Shown here piece after piece: positions 23,230 through 32,659 of a DNA stretch of 64,000 bases. Within the stretch, counting starts at the first letter, position 1; each line of letters begins with the position of its first letter. The notes beneath the pieces are model-generated. The model was not told the DNA's origin. It saw only the letters and a program-made list of their open reading frames with translations, and did no database searches. Both the position numbers and the translations under genes were made by a program. Source of the DNA: Schizochytrium sp. TIO01 (lineage: Eukaryota; Protista; Bigyra: Labyrinthulomycetes); NCBI GenBank assembly GCA_004764695.1, contig SMSO01000037.1, forward strand, positions 3,014,747 through 3,078,746. Reading direction: 5' to 3'.

Positions 23230-24240
23230 ATGGCTGAAGAGGAAGCCCCGTCGTGGTTCACAGAGGCTGTGGACCCTGACGATCGTGAAGAAGGCCGTGT
23301 GTGGACAGATGATGGTGTTGAGATCCAGTTCTTGCACTGGCGACCTCTCAAGACACACAAAGAAGATGGTATCAGGGCGGGAAATCTTCAACCTTTGATC
23401 TTTGTGCATGGAAATGGAGCTAATGCCTTCTGGTACTGCCCTACAGCGCCATTCTTTAGAGAAACTTTCGATGTTTTTGCTATCAGCTCGAGTGGATGCG
23501 GAGATAGCGGTTTTCGAGATTCCTACAACATAGGCCACTTCACAGATGAGATTATGGCAGTGTGCCGGTCCCTAAAGCTGTTCGATAGACCCATGAAACC
23601 ACTTGTTGTAGGGCACTCTCTTGGAGCCGTAGCTTGCACTCGCTTGGCATTAAATCACGGCGAGATGTTCCATGCCATTGTACTGTGTGACACGCGTATC
23701 GAAGATCGTCCACCGCATTATTTTGACAAGCAAAAAAAACGAAGCATGGCTGAGCGAGAGGCCAGTCCATTGTATAAGGAACGCGACTCATTCAAACTGC
23801 ATCCTCACACAGTAAAGCCAGGAACCCGTTTCAAACTGGCACCTCCTCAAGATACCACCCCTTATGTGCTCGATTATATCGCCAGAATGTCTGCAGATTT
23901 TGAGGAGCGGGGCTGGCGCTGGAAAGGTGATCCTAATCGCTTTCGAAAGCTTGATCTTGTTACAAATCACCCATATATGAACATGGAAAATATGCGAAAG
24001 GCACAAGCCAAAGTGCCGTTAGCATACATATACGGCGAACAAAGTTTTTTCATAACCTTTCCTTCTATTCGTGAAACTGTGGAAAAGGAGGCTACGAAGC
24101 TTTTTCCAGTAATTCCCATTCCCCACGCAGAACATCATCTCCTTCTCGATGAACCTATTGCTTTTGTTACTGCATTGCGAGCATTGTTTCTGCTTTGGGC
24201 AAAAGATGCTACGCCAGGGCTTCCGTCAGCTCATTTATAA
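23230..24240 (+). CDS. Alpha/beta-fold hydrolase, probably peroxisomal
   Basis: First ATG at 23230. Oxyanion motif FVHGNG, SGCGDS, nucleophile elbow GHSLG, catalytic His in AEHHLLLDEP, C-terminal AHL*. Confidence 0.88.
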   Translation: MAEEEAPSWFTEAVDPDDREEGRVWTDDGVEIQFLHWRPLKTHKEDGIRAGNLQPLIFVHGNGANAFWYCPTAPFFRETFDVFAISSSGCGDSGFRDSYNIGHFTDEIMAVCRSLKLFDRPMKPLVVGHSLGAVACTRLALNHGEMFHAIVLCDTRIEDRPPHYFDKQKKRSMAEREASPLYKERDSFKLHPHTVKPGTRFKLAPPQDTTPYVLDYIARMSADFEERGWRWKGDPNRFRKLDLVTNHPYMNMENMRKAQAKVPLAYIYGEQSFFITFPSIRETVEKEATKLFPVIPIPHAEHHLLLDEPIAFVTALRALFLLWAKDATPGLPSAHL

Positions 24241-24804
24241 GACATCACTTAATGAAAAGTTACGAGGGATAGTCGTATGCATGAAGTCGTGAGTCTTTTT
24301 AGTCATACCCAATTTCTACACGTCACTTTTATGCAGCCTCGTACAATATTGTCACTGTCTTTCATTACCCCGTATCGACTGCCAGTCGACAATAAGTTCT
24401 AGGGTTCCAGACTGATATTATATAATGTTAACTAGATAATTCTAGTTTCATCTCTGACAACGCCGACGTTCCTTGTTTTTTTTAATCAAAGTGAGAGAAA
24501 TACCTTCACTTGGCAAGAGTATTCTCGCACTATTCTTTTGCAACGCTGGCTCGTTGCTGCATCTATCTGGGCAACGAAGAATTATCGCTGTGCATAACCT
24601 GGGAGTTGATTTTTGGGATATGTGTTTTCTCTTTTCTTTTTTTTCTTCTGATAAACTTTGGAATTAAAAGTTTTTGAGAATTTAAAAAAACTTGTTTAAA
24701 AACAAAAAACAAAAAACTTGTCACTTGGTAAACAAACCAACAACCGTTTGCCGCGAACGAAAGCTAGTTTCGAGCATAGCATCCTGTCAGAGCGACCAGA
24801 GACG

Positions 24805-25035
24805 ATGGAGTCCGACAGCACATACATCCCCAAGCAGGACAACCTGGATTTGATCGATGAAGAGTGGACCAAGGACGCTCTTTCAGACGATGAGATCGAG
24901 CTGGCGCCTGACAATGACCTCACCCTTGACGACCAGGAGGTCGACCCCACTCTCCCAACAACTGCGATGCGCAAAGACGAAGAGGAGGAAAAGTGGACAG
25001 ATCTTGGTCTCGAGAGTTTTGTGAACAACAACTAA
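24805..25035 (+). CDS. ANAPC13: Anaphase-promoting complex subunit 13
   Basis: 76 aa from the ATG at 24805. LDLIDEEW.KD.L near the N-terminus and EEKWTDLGL near the C-terminus match the Apc13 pattern (human LDLIDDAWREDKL...EMKWTDLAL). Confidence 0.88.
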   Translation: MESDSTYIPKQDNLDLIDEEWTKDALSDDEIELAPDNDLTLDDQEVDPTLPTTAMRKDEEEEKWTDLGLESFVNNN

Positions 25036-25319
25036 ATCCTCAGCTGCCTTTCCTTCACGCAGCTGTTCACCACCAAAGTTTTGCTTTTCTCACAAGTAAA
25101 ATTGCTATGTGTTACTCATTCTAAAAGGTAACCTGCTTGGCCCCAGAATCACATCAGGTCACACATCGATTGCAACAGGATGTAATAGTCGCATGATCTG
25201 CTTCCGTTGCTACTGTCGCACATGCCGGACTGTGTACTCTAAACTAAGAATAGAAAACAATTTTGATTACAAAGAAATTCTACTTGAGTTTCAAACATCG
25301 TTGATTCACAATAAATCAT

Positions 25320-28300
25320 TTACTTGGAACTACTCAGCTTACGTGGCTTGCGCGGAGTGTTTGAGCCTGTCAAGGAAGAAAGGGATGATGTCGAGGCTCC
25401 AAGGGAGCGGCTCTGAGCTGCGAGCTGTGAACGCAAATCGTCAACAAGCCGTTTATACTTCTTGAGGTCCGCAGATTCGCCATTTCGCTTAGCTTGACCA
25501 AGCTGTACCTTGCGACAACGAGCAGCGAAGTTTAGTGAGCACACTGACTCGGGCGCGTTTGAGCGCACCGGAGAAATGTTCACGAACATTGCCACCTTAG
25601 AACCACCTTCCAAAGAGTTCTGCAGAAGGTGAGTAAGTTTGCTGTTGCGGTAAGGAACGTGCTGCTGCCGTGCCTTGGAGTCTCCAAGAGCAGCAATGAC
25701 GTCACCAAGCGCGGACAAGCTCTTATTGATATTCTGCGCCTCTTTAAGGCGATCTCCTGAAGCATCGGTCTTGGAAATCCGCTCGCTACCTGCAAGATCA
25801 ATCAGGTTCAGTTTTGAGGTTGTCTTAGCCCCAGTGATAAGGTTCTCGCCAGAAATATTCAGCATAAATACCAAGTGGGAGCGAGATGAACGCTCGTTCA
25901 TACTGTGCGAACCAACCGAACGATTGCCCTGGGCATTGCGCATAGCGTTGCGCACATCATCCATCGAATCAACTTGCACAGTCTCAAGATCTTGCACATA
26001 GACTTTGCCATTGGTGGCAACGCGCAAATCAAGCTTCGCGCGGCCTGTGCTTGCGTCCATTGGAGCCAAGAGGTCGCGAACACTTTCATTATAAATCTCG
26101 AGAATACTGACTGTAAATTCGAATGTTTCTTCCTCACGACGATCTTGCCTCAACTGAAAAAGACGGTGCAACGCGCGCAAATTTACACCCGGATCCTCTT
26201 TGCTGCCTTCCATTGTAAAGGTCTTTCCACTTCCGGTTTGTCCGTAAGCAAAAATGCAAACATCATACCCATCAAGGGTGCTTGTAACCAATGGGCTAAT
26301 GTCCTCGAACACTTCTTCCTGAGTTGACACAGGCTGAAATACAGCATCAAACTCAAAGCGGTTCATCGTAACCTCATCACGTGCCACCTCGATTTCATTA
26401 TCCACAGGATAAGATATGACATCCTTTGAACCATCAAGAGACTTGCGGCGCTCCATCTGCAAGACAGGGCGCACGCGACAGTAAACACGAATGTTTCCCT
26501 TAATGTCCATCAACTCATTGTGGACACGCTTGCGCAACGAGTTCTCACGAATGTATCGACCGCGATACTCTTCTACAACACCAGAGAGACGCTCTTCTTG
26601 TTCGGCAAGCGCTGCAGCCTTTTCTGCATCAGCTTCCTTCTTAATCTCTGCTGTAGCAATAAGCGCTTCGTCACGCTCAATCTCTGCACTTTCGACACGC
26701 TGATTACATTCTTCGCGAAGTTTGGTCAACTCAGCTTGTTTCGACTCCTCCAGTTGCACAATTTCAGCTTGCATGCGCTCGACAGTGGAGTGAAAAGTGT
26801 CCTCAATTTCTGCACGGATTCGTGCTGCTTCTTCGCGTTCCTCCGCCATGACTGTTTCATGCTCACGCTCCATCAGTTCCTTGAGAGTTTCAAGCTCCGA
26901 TAACGCAGTGCTCGACTCCTTTAGCTGAGCAACTGTTTGCTGGAGCTTGGTCTGTAGCGAGGCCGTGGCAACCTCATGATCTTCTTGGGCCTTTGCCATG
27001 ATTACCTTTGTTCGTTCAAGCTCGCTTCGTAGCTCCGCCAAAAGAGTCTCTGCTGCGTCCAACGCTGCAATTTTCTCAGACAATTCCTGGTCCTTTTGTG
27101 CGACCTTCGCCTCTGCTTCTTTTAGAGACTCGGCGTTGGCGGCGCGTTCAGTCTCCAAAGCTTGAATCTCATGTTGCTTGGTTTCAATAATAATCTGAGC
27201 CTCAGACAAGTCCTTTGTCTTGGCCTCAAGGTCCGCATTTACCAAGTCATGACTTTGCTCGGCAGACTCCAAGTCCGCTTTTGCCTTTTCAATTGCTGTT
27301 TCCAAATCCGTCCTTTCAAGTAATGCAGCTTCCAGTTCCTGTGATTTTGCCTCAAGGGACTTCTTCAGTTCACAAAGAGCTTCCGATTGACTTGCAGAGG
27401 CGGTCTCCATTTCCTCCAAAGTTTGTTGTTTCGCAGCAAGCTCAGTCTTCAACTCAGACAGAGAGCGATCATAATCAGCCGACTGCTGCTCTCGGACCAT
27501 TACTTCAGCCTCCAATCGATTTTGGGCTTCCTCAACGTTTCTGCGCAACGTTTCCAGCTCGGACTGTGATGATTGTTCTAATGACTGGAGAGCGGAGGCT
27601 TTCAGAGACAACTCCTCCTGCGCCGCTAGCAGATTACTTTGAAGCTCCGAATCGTTGGCTGATTGCGAAGCCTGTAGCCTTTCCATCTCTTCACGCAACT
27701 TGGTAGCCAGCGCGTTCGCTTTCTCTTCTTCAGCTTGTCTTGAGGTCTGCAATTCCTCAAGTTCTGCGGTCTTTGCTTGCAAGGCTTCCTCTGCACGGCG
27801 AAGGTTACCAAGGAGCTCAGAGGAACTTGAATTATTCTCATCATTAAGACGTGCGTTATCAGTTTCAAGAGAAGACACTTGCGCAGCTAGCTGCTTCTTT
27901 TGCACTTGCAGGGCGGCTAGAGAGGTTTCAAGATCTGACACTTTCGTTTCTGCATCGTCTTGAGCAGCTTTGAGGGCATTCTGTAATTCTTCGATGTCTG
28001 CTACATGTGCTGCCTGTACTGACAGCTGCACGTGCTCAGCTTTGGTCGAAGTACGCAGCGCCTCCAGCTCAGCTGCCTTCACTTCTAAGGCTTCTTGGGT
28101 TGCACTCAAAGATGCTTCCAAAGATGTTATATCTTGAACATGTGCCTTACTTGTAGCTGTTGCTTGCTCAAGGTGAGAGCGCAACTCCTCCACCTCTCGG
28201 TTGCGTTCAGCAAGGCTAGTTTTCACATGAGCTAGAGCAGAAAGCTCTAAAATTTGTTCCTCTTCGTCGTCTTCGTCATCATTTCCCTCTGGATCATTTT

Positions 28301-29081
28301 GCTCACGGTGGATAGAATTGCGGGGATCAGTTTGCAGCAATACTTCAATTTGCTCACGTTGACGCTCAATACGTTTTGCTAGGTCATCACGTTCTCGAGC
28401 CAGTTCTATGTTCTTCTGGTTTGACTCTTCTGCCTCTTGAGAGAGCTTGGAGTACTCCATGGCCAGAGAATCAAGAGCATTTTCGTCACCTTCTTCTTTC
28501 GCTTTACGCAACTCCTCCAGGCGCTCTAACTGTTCAACCTTTAAATCCTGTGCTCGCATATGCTCCTTCAGTGAAGCAAGCTGGTCTTGCAGAACCTGTG
28601 TTGTCTCTCGATACTCTCTCGCCTGAACCATGGCGTCCATTTTTTCAGAAATGTTGATTTTCATTTGGTTCTCCCAATCCTTGACCCATGGTGCATCAAA
28701 GGCATCTTTGGCCTCCTCTTCGCGGTCTTTTTCCGCATCTCCACTAGCATTGGAATTTTCACGCAAGGAATCGGGGGATTTACCCACGTGTGGCACCTCG
28801 ATTTGATTTGTATCAACAGAACTGGTGTCTTTGGTCAGAGCTGCAATGCGTGCCTCTTTCTCTGCAAAGAGCTTTTGGTACTCCCGTAGGACCTTGAGCT
28901 GTCCGAGCTCCATTTCTACTAATAGCTGCTTATAGACCTCAATCTGCCGAACATGATCTGCATCCTCTTCATCTTCCCCAAAGTTGTTTTTGACAGCATT
29001 CTCCATGCTCTCCACGGCACGCCTCAAGTTGTCTTCCAAGCCGGTCTTGAAGGACCCAAACGCCAGCCTGTTGATGAACAT
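25320..29081 (-). CDS. Kinesin-14 family protein (C-terminal motor, long coiled-coil stalk)
   Basis: 1253 aa. Neck LRKRVHNELMDIKGNIRVYCRVRP, P-loop YGQTGSGKT, switch I NERSSRSH, switch II DLAGSER, HVPYRNSKLT. About 800 aa of E/A/L/K-rich coiled coil upstream. Confidence 0.96.
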   Translation of the reverse strand: MFINRLAFGSFKTGLEDNLRRAVESMENAVKNNFGEDEEDADHVRQIEVYKQLLVEMELGQLKVLREYQKLFAEKEARIAALTKDTSSVDTNQIEVPHVGKSPDSLRENSNASGDAEKDREEEAKDAFDAPWVKDWENQMKINISEKMDAMVQAREYRETTQVLQDQLASLKEHMRAQDLKVEQLERLEELRKAKEEGDENALDSLAMEYSKLSQEAEESNQKNIELARERDDLAKRIERQREQIEVLLQTDPRNSIHREQNDPEGNDDEDDEEEQILELSALAHVKTSLAERNREVEELRSHLEQATATSKAHVQDITSLEASLSATQEALEVKAAELEALRTSTKAEHVQLSVQAAHVADIEELQNALKAAQDDAETKVSDLETSLAALQVQKKQLAAQVSSLETDNARLNDENNSSSSELLGNLRRAEEALQAKTAELEELQTSRQAEEEKANALATKLREEMERLQASQSANDSELQSNLLAAQEELSLKASALQSLEQSSQSELETLRRNVEEAQNRLEAEVMVREQQSADYDRSLSELKTELAAKQQTLEEMETASASQSEALCELKKSLEAKSQELEAALLERTDLETAIEKAKADLESAEQSHDLVNADLEAKTKDLSEAQIIIETKQHEIQALETERAANAESLKEAEAKVAQKDQELSEKIAALDAAETLLAELRSELERTKVIMAKAQEDHEVATASLQTKLQQTVAQLKESSTALSELETLKELMEREHETVMAEEREEAARIRAEIEDTFHSTVERMQAEIVQLEESKQAELTKLREECNQRVESAEIERDEALIATAEIKKEADAEKAAALAEQEERLSGVVEEYRGRYIRENSLRKRVHNELMDIKGNIRVYCRVRPVLQMERRKSLDGSKDVISYPVDNEIEVARDEVTMNRFEFDAVFQPVSTQEEVFEDISPLVTSTLDGYDVCIFAYGQTGSGKTFTMEGSKEDPGVNLRALHRLFQLRQDRREEETFEFTVSILEIYNESVRDLLAPMDASTGRAKLDLRVATNGKVYVQDLETVQVDSMDDVRNAMRNAQGNRSVGSHSMNERSSRSHLVFMLNISGENLITGAKTTSKLNLIDLAGSERISKTDASGDRLKEAQNINKSLSALGDVIAALGDSKARQQHVPYRNSKLTHLLQNSLEGGSKVAMFVNISPVRSNAPESVCSLNFAARCRKVQLGQAKRNGESADLKKYKRLVDDLRSQLAAQSRSLGASTSSLSSLTGSNTPRKPRKLSSSK

Positions 29082-30159
29082 CGTGCCGCAGAAAACTGTA
29101 GTCTAGAAATCAATTTCTGCTATCAGCTCTAGTTTCTAAATATATATCTCAAGAGCACAATAGGCTCTTTGTCTCTCAACTATGAGCTCGCCAAGCCCCG
29201 GCGGCCGGCAATCAAAGAATGTATGCAAGTTCTGGCATTCTCGATGGTCTTCTCAGGACCGTCTCTGCTAGAATCTGCTCCTATTATTTATTATAGCCAA
29301 GGTCTTACGGTTGTAGACACGCCCAGGTGGTTAGTCCATTAAGAAATCATATAAGGAAAAGGATAAGAGTCCAAGCTGAAAAGACAGCGGAATAGAGAGA
29401 GAAATAGGGAGTCGTTACACAGAGGGGAACACAGGGAGTTAGTTGTGAATACAGATTTTGACTCCAGAGCCAAATTTTCGTTTTTGATTCCAAGACAGTG
29501 ACAAATATTGAAGAGAGTGATGATGCCATGGTACGATTGTTGGTTAGAAAGTATGTTGAAGCTGCAAGGGATGCAGATTTGGTTCAGGAGCAACACAGAA
29601 AGATTGCTGGAATAATTGAGGAAAGTATAGATAACATCAGGATTGAAAGGGTATCCTGATGGAACATCGTGGAGTCAGGAAATTGCGCAGGGACTATGAG
29701 TAGTAAGTTTTTTGGCATATTAAAGAAGGGATTTCGCAACATGCTATGATTGATGCTGATACGGGGTGGTAATAGGAGAACACTGGACATATAAAAGTAA
29801 CTAAAAAATCATTATTTTTTTTCTTCAATGGTTCATTCAATGATGAAATATTTTGAGCAAAATTTTCACAAAAGCTACCTGAGATGGTATAGTAGCCAGC
29901 AGGAAGCATACCTTACATCAGGAGCAGATGTCTCCAAATACGAGAGGCTAACTTGTATTTGGGTGGCGATAATTGTGCGCTGTTTCTTATGAGTGAATGG
30001 ATGAATGGATGAATGAGTGATTCCACACGAGCGAGACTTTTAAAATTAATGTGAATTAGAATTTCACTCAGTTGTATAAATTTGTCAAGTATAGACCACA
30101 ACATGGCAAATTTTGGTCACGTTAGAGATAGATAGGTAGGTACCGATTTATATCCCATT

Positions 30160-31491
30160 TTAAGCAAACGCGGTGGAGTTAATGTCGCGATCGATAGCAA
30201 TGTGCTGAGCCTTACCAGTAATCTGATCAACCGCATCAATGTGCAAACGCGATTGCTCATTTACAGAAAATGTAACAAGAATTTGCGGCGTACCACAAGG
30301 TTGAGGATCGATGCCAACAAGCTCGAAACTGGCCAGGATATCATTGTCAGAAGCTCTTGGGGAGGTTCCCTGACGCACAGTAATCTGCACAGAGGTCTGA
30401 CCATCAGTGACTGTAGTAAACACCTGTGAGTGCTCAGCAGGGAGGCGCTGACGTTGAGGAATCATTGTGTGGAAATTATCGTTGACGGTCTCGAGACCAA
30501 TGGGCAGACGCTGCACTGGAAGCTGCCAGCCCTGAAAGGTGTCTCGCGATGTAGATACTCCGTTAAAGTAGCCATGATTGACCTGAAGGTTTCCTCGAGG
30601 AACGATAGGCTGGGTACGACCATTTGCCCCGGGTGCGGTGAAGCGCTCACGAGCCTCAGTTGCATCTTGAAATGGGGCATCAGAAACCGCTGAGTGCTGC
30701 GGCCCATGCCCACGCTCAACAGGTTGAGGCGGATATGCGGGGTAGGAATCCTTGGCAGTAGTGGTACCATAAAAATAAGCCTTATTTGGCTCCCATGCAA
30801 TGCTTTGCGGCAGAACGCGTGGTGCAACATCGTGTGCTACAAAAGTATCTTGACTAGTGGATCGACCCAAGAAGCGCTGGTCCGCGGGCATAACGTCCTG
30901 AAGAGTTCTACTCGAAGGTCGAATGGGCTTTGCAAGTTCTTGGTTGCCAGGAGCTCCAAAGGCTCCTCGTGTTGTAGTGTCACTGTAGAATTGCGAAGAC
31001 ATGCCGACCTTGACATTTGTACTGCGAGCAACAGTACTGGGCTCGGGGCGTGATCCTCCTTGATGCGGAGTGTAGGTATCTCGGGTGGTGGTAGTGCCAT
31101 AAAAAGGCATATTGGGAGGTACCATGCGGGCTGGAGCCAAGGATTTAGTCCTCTCCACATTATGCGGAATATAAGAGTCTCCGGACGTGGTCGAACTGTA
31201 GAATGTTGCATTACTTGGTTGGTACTTTTCCTCTGAGACCACGCGATGAGGCTCAATTCTGTGTGGAGTATAGGTGTCTCGAGTCGTGGTATTGCCATAG
31301 AACTTGCCGTTCTTATCAGTTGCGAGGTTTCCAGGCGGAGCTACATCCTGCTTTCGAGCAAGATGTTCTGCCCCATAGGCCTGGTACACAGCCTGAGTTG
31401 TAGACTCGCCCCTAAAAGTTGGCCTCTGCGCATGCCATACCTGCACCCGCTTGTCGCCTTCTAGGTGCGTGTTTACCAGCTCTCGCTGCAT
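30160..31491 (-). CDS. SAXO/STOP-type (Mn-repeat) microtubule-stabilising protein with a C-terminal Hsp70 substrate-binding beta-subdomain
   Basis: About nine ~33-37-aa repeats of F.G.TT.RD.Y/F..H/P. The C-terminal ~110 aa (LPIGLET...IP....LP...SQVFTT..DGQTSV.I.V.QG....A.DN..L..F.L.GI.P.P.G.PQI.VTF) match the Hsp70 SBD-beta. No ATPase domain. Confidence 0.85.
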   Translation of the reverse strand: MQRELVNTHLEGDKRVQVWHAQRPTFRGESTTQAVYQAYGAEHLARKQDVAPPGNLATDKNGKFYGNTTTRDTYTPHRIEPHRVVSEEKYQPSNATFYSSTTSGDSYIPHNVERTKSLAPARMVPPNMPFYGTTTTRDTYTPHQGGSRPEPSTVARSTNVKVGMSSQFYSDTTTRGAFGAPGNQELAKPIRPSSRTLQDVMPADQRFLGRSTSQDTFVAHDVAPRVLPQSIAWEPNKAYFYGTTTAKDSYPAYPPQPVERGHGPQHSAVSDAPFQDATEARERFTAPGANGRTQPIVPRGNLQVNHGYFNGVSTSRDTFQGWQLPVQRLPIGLETVNDNFHTMIPQRQRLPAEHSQVFTTVTDGQTSVQITVRQGTSPRASDNDILASFELVGIDPQPCGTPQILVTFSVNEQSRLHIDAVDQITGKAQHIAIDRDINSTAFA

Positions 31492-32659
31492 CTTATCACT
31501 TAAGCCTCAACCGCAAAAACCTCGACTTCAACCCTGCCTCAACGCCGCGCAACTCTGCTACAGCACTCGAGTCACCTCCACAGCCACCAAGTGAGCGCTA
31601 GTCGCACACGCGTCGCGGTTCTGCTAGCCTCCTCGCCGAGCTGGAACCTGAAAATCCGCAAGGCGTTAAACCTATTGGAAGCTTAAGAAAGTAAAATACT
31701 ACTTTAAACTCGCATCTACTGCTTCCTCTGCCTCTTTCTCTCTCTCTTACTCCTCATTGATTCGTCCCCTCTTTGATCAAGGTCTTTCGTTCGTAGTACC
31801 TAAGTACCTACTGTGATGCAATGCAGGTATTGTATTCTTCATCACACATGGACTGCGATTGCTAGGAGCAAGCGCCTAGTACCTGGCTAGTATCTACTCT
31901 AGGCTGACCAGAAAAGCTAAACGGAAACATCGGGGCGAAATTTTGGAAAGGAAGAAAGATGGGCGAGGAATTAAAAATTGGCCAAGCGAAGGAGACCGCT
32001 AGCACATGCTCAAGCATGCGTCGTGGGTGAGGTTGCCTTGATTTAATTGCAACATGTACTTTTTGATAATGGCTATAGGAAGGATGGAATGAAGGATTAA
32101 AGACGTATGTGGCCATTTCGTAGTGCTTCCGTACGAAATGTTATGCAAGGTGTAAAGCAATTAAAAAATAACAGCTCTATGACCGATGATATGAGATGGG
32201 CTGGAAAAGAATAGCGTTAGGATATAAAGTTTGCAAAGGCTTGTATGTAAAAGATTAAAGAGAATGTGGGAACCAACTGATTTGTTTTCTGAAGATCCAG
32301 GCCAGGCAACCGTATTTATTGTCGTAGCGAGTAATTACACCACCCTAGAGCTGTTTTCTTGCTGATAAGTTTCGTGAAATCAGACATTCTAAGTGCAGCG
32401 AGGAGATGATCAAGAAATAGTTCCTCCTATTTGAATAATTTATGTGCTTTAGTACGTACGAGGGATTATGTAAACGAAAATACGAATTACTAAAAAACGT
32501 AGGACAAACACATGGGCAATAATTTCACATCTTAAGCTAGTCAAAAGTGTCAACTGAATACGGAGATGTTGAAAAGCAAATGGCAGACGGTCCATAACGT
32601 TTAGAGGAGAAGGATTCTGACTTTTGAGAAATAAGAAAAAAAGTAAAGCTGATATTTTG

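Noticed and set aside
30160-30500. Call as Hsp70/DnaK or an Hsp70 pseudogene
   Set aside because: Only the SBD-beta is present, and it is in frame with SAXO-like repeats in an intact ORF.
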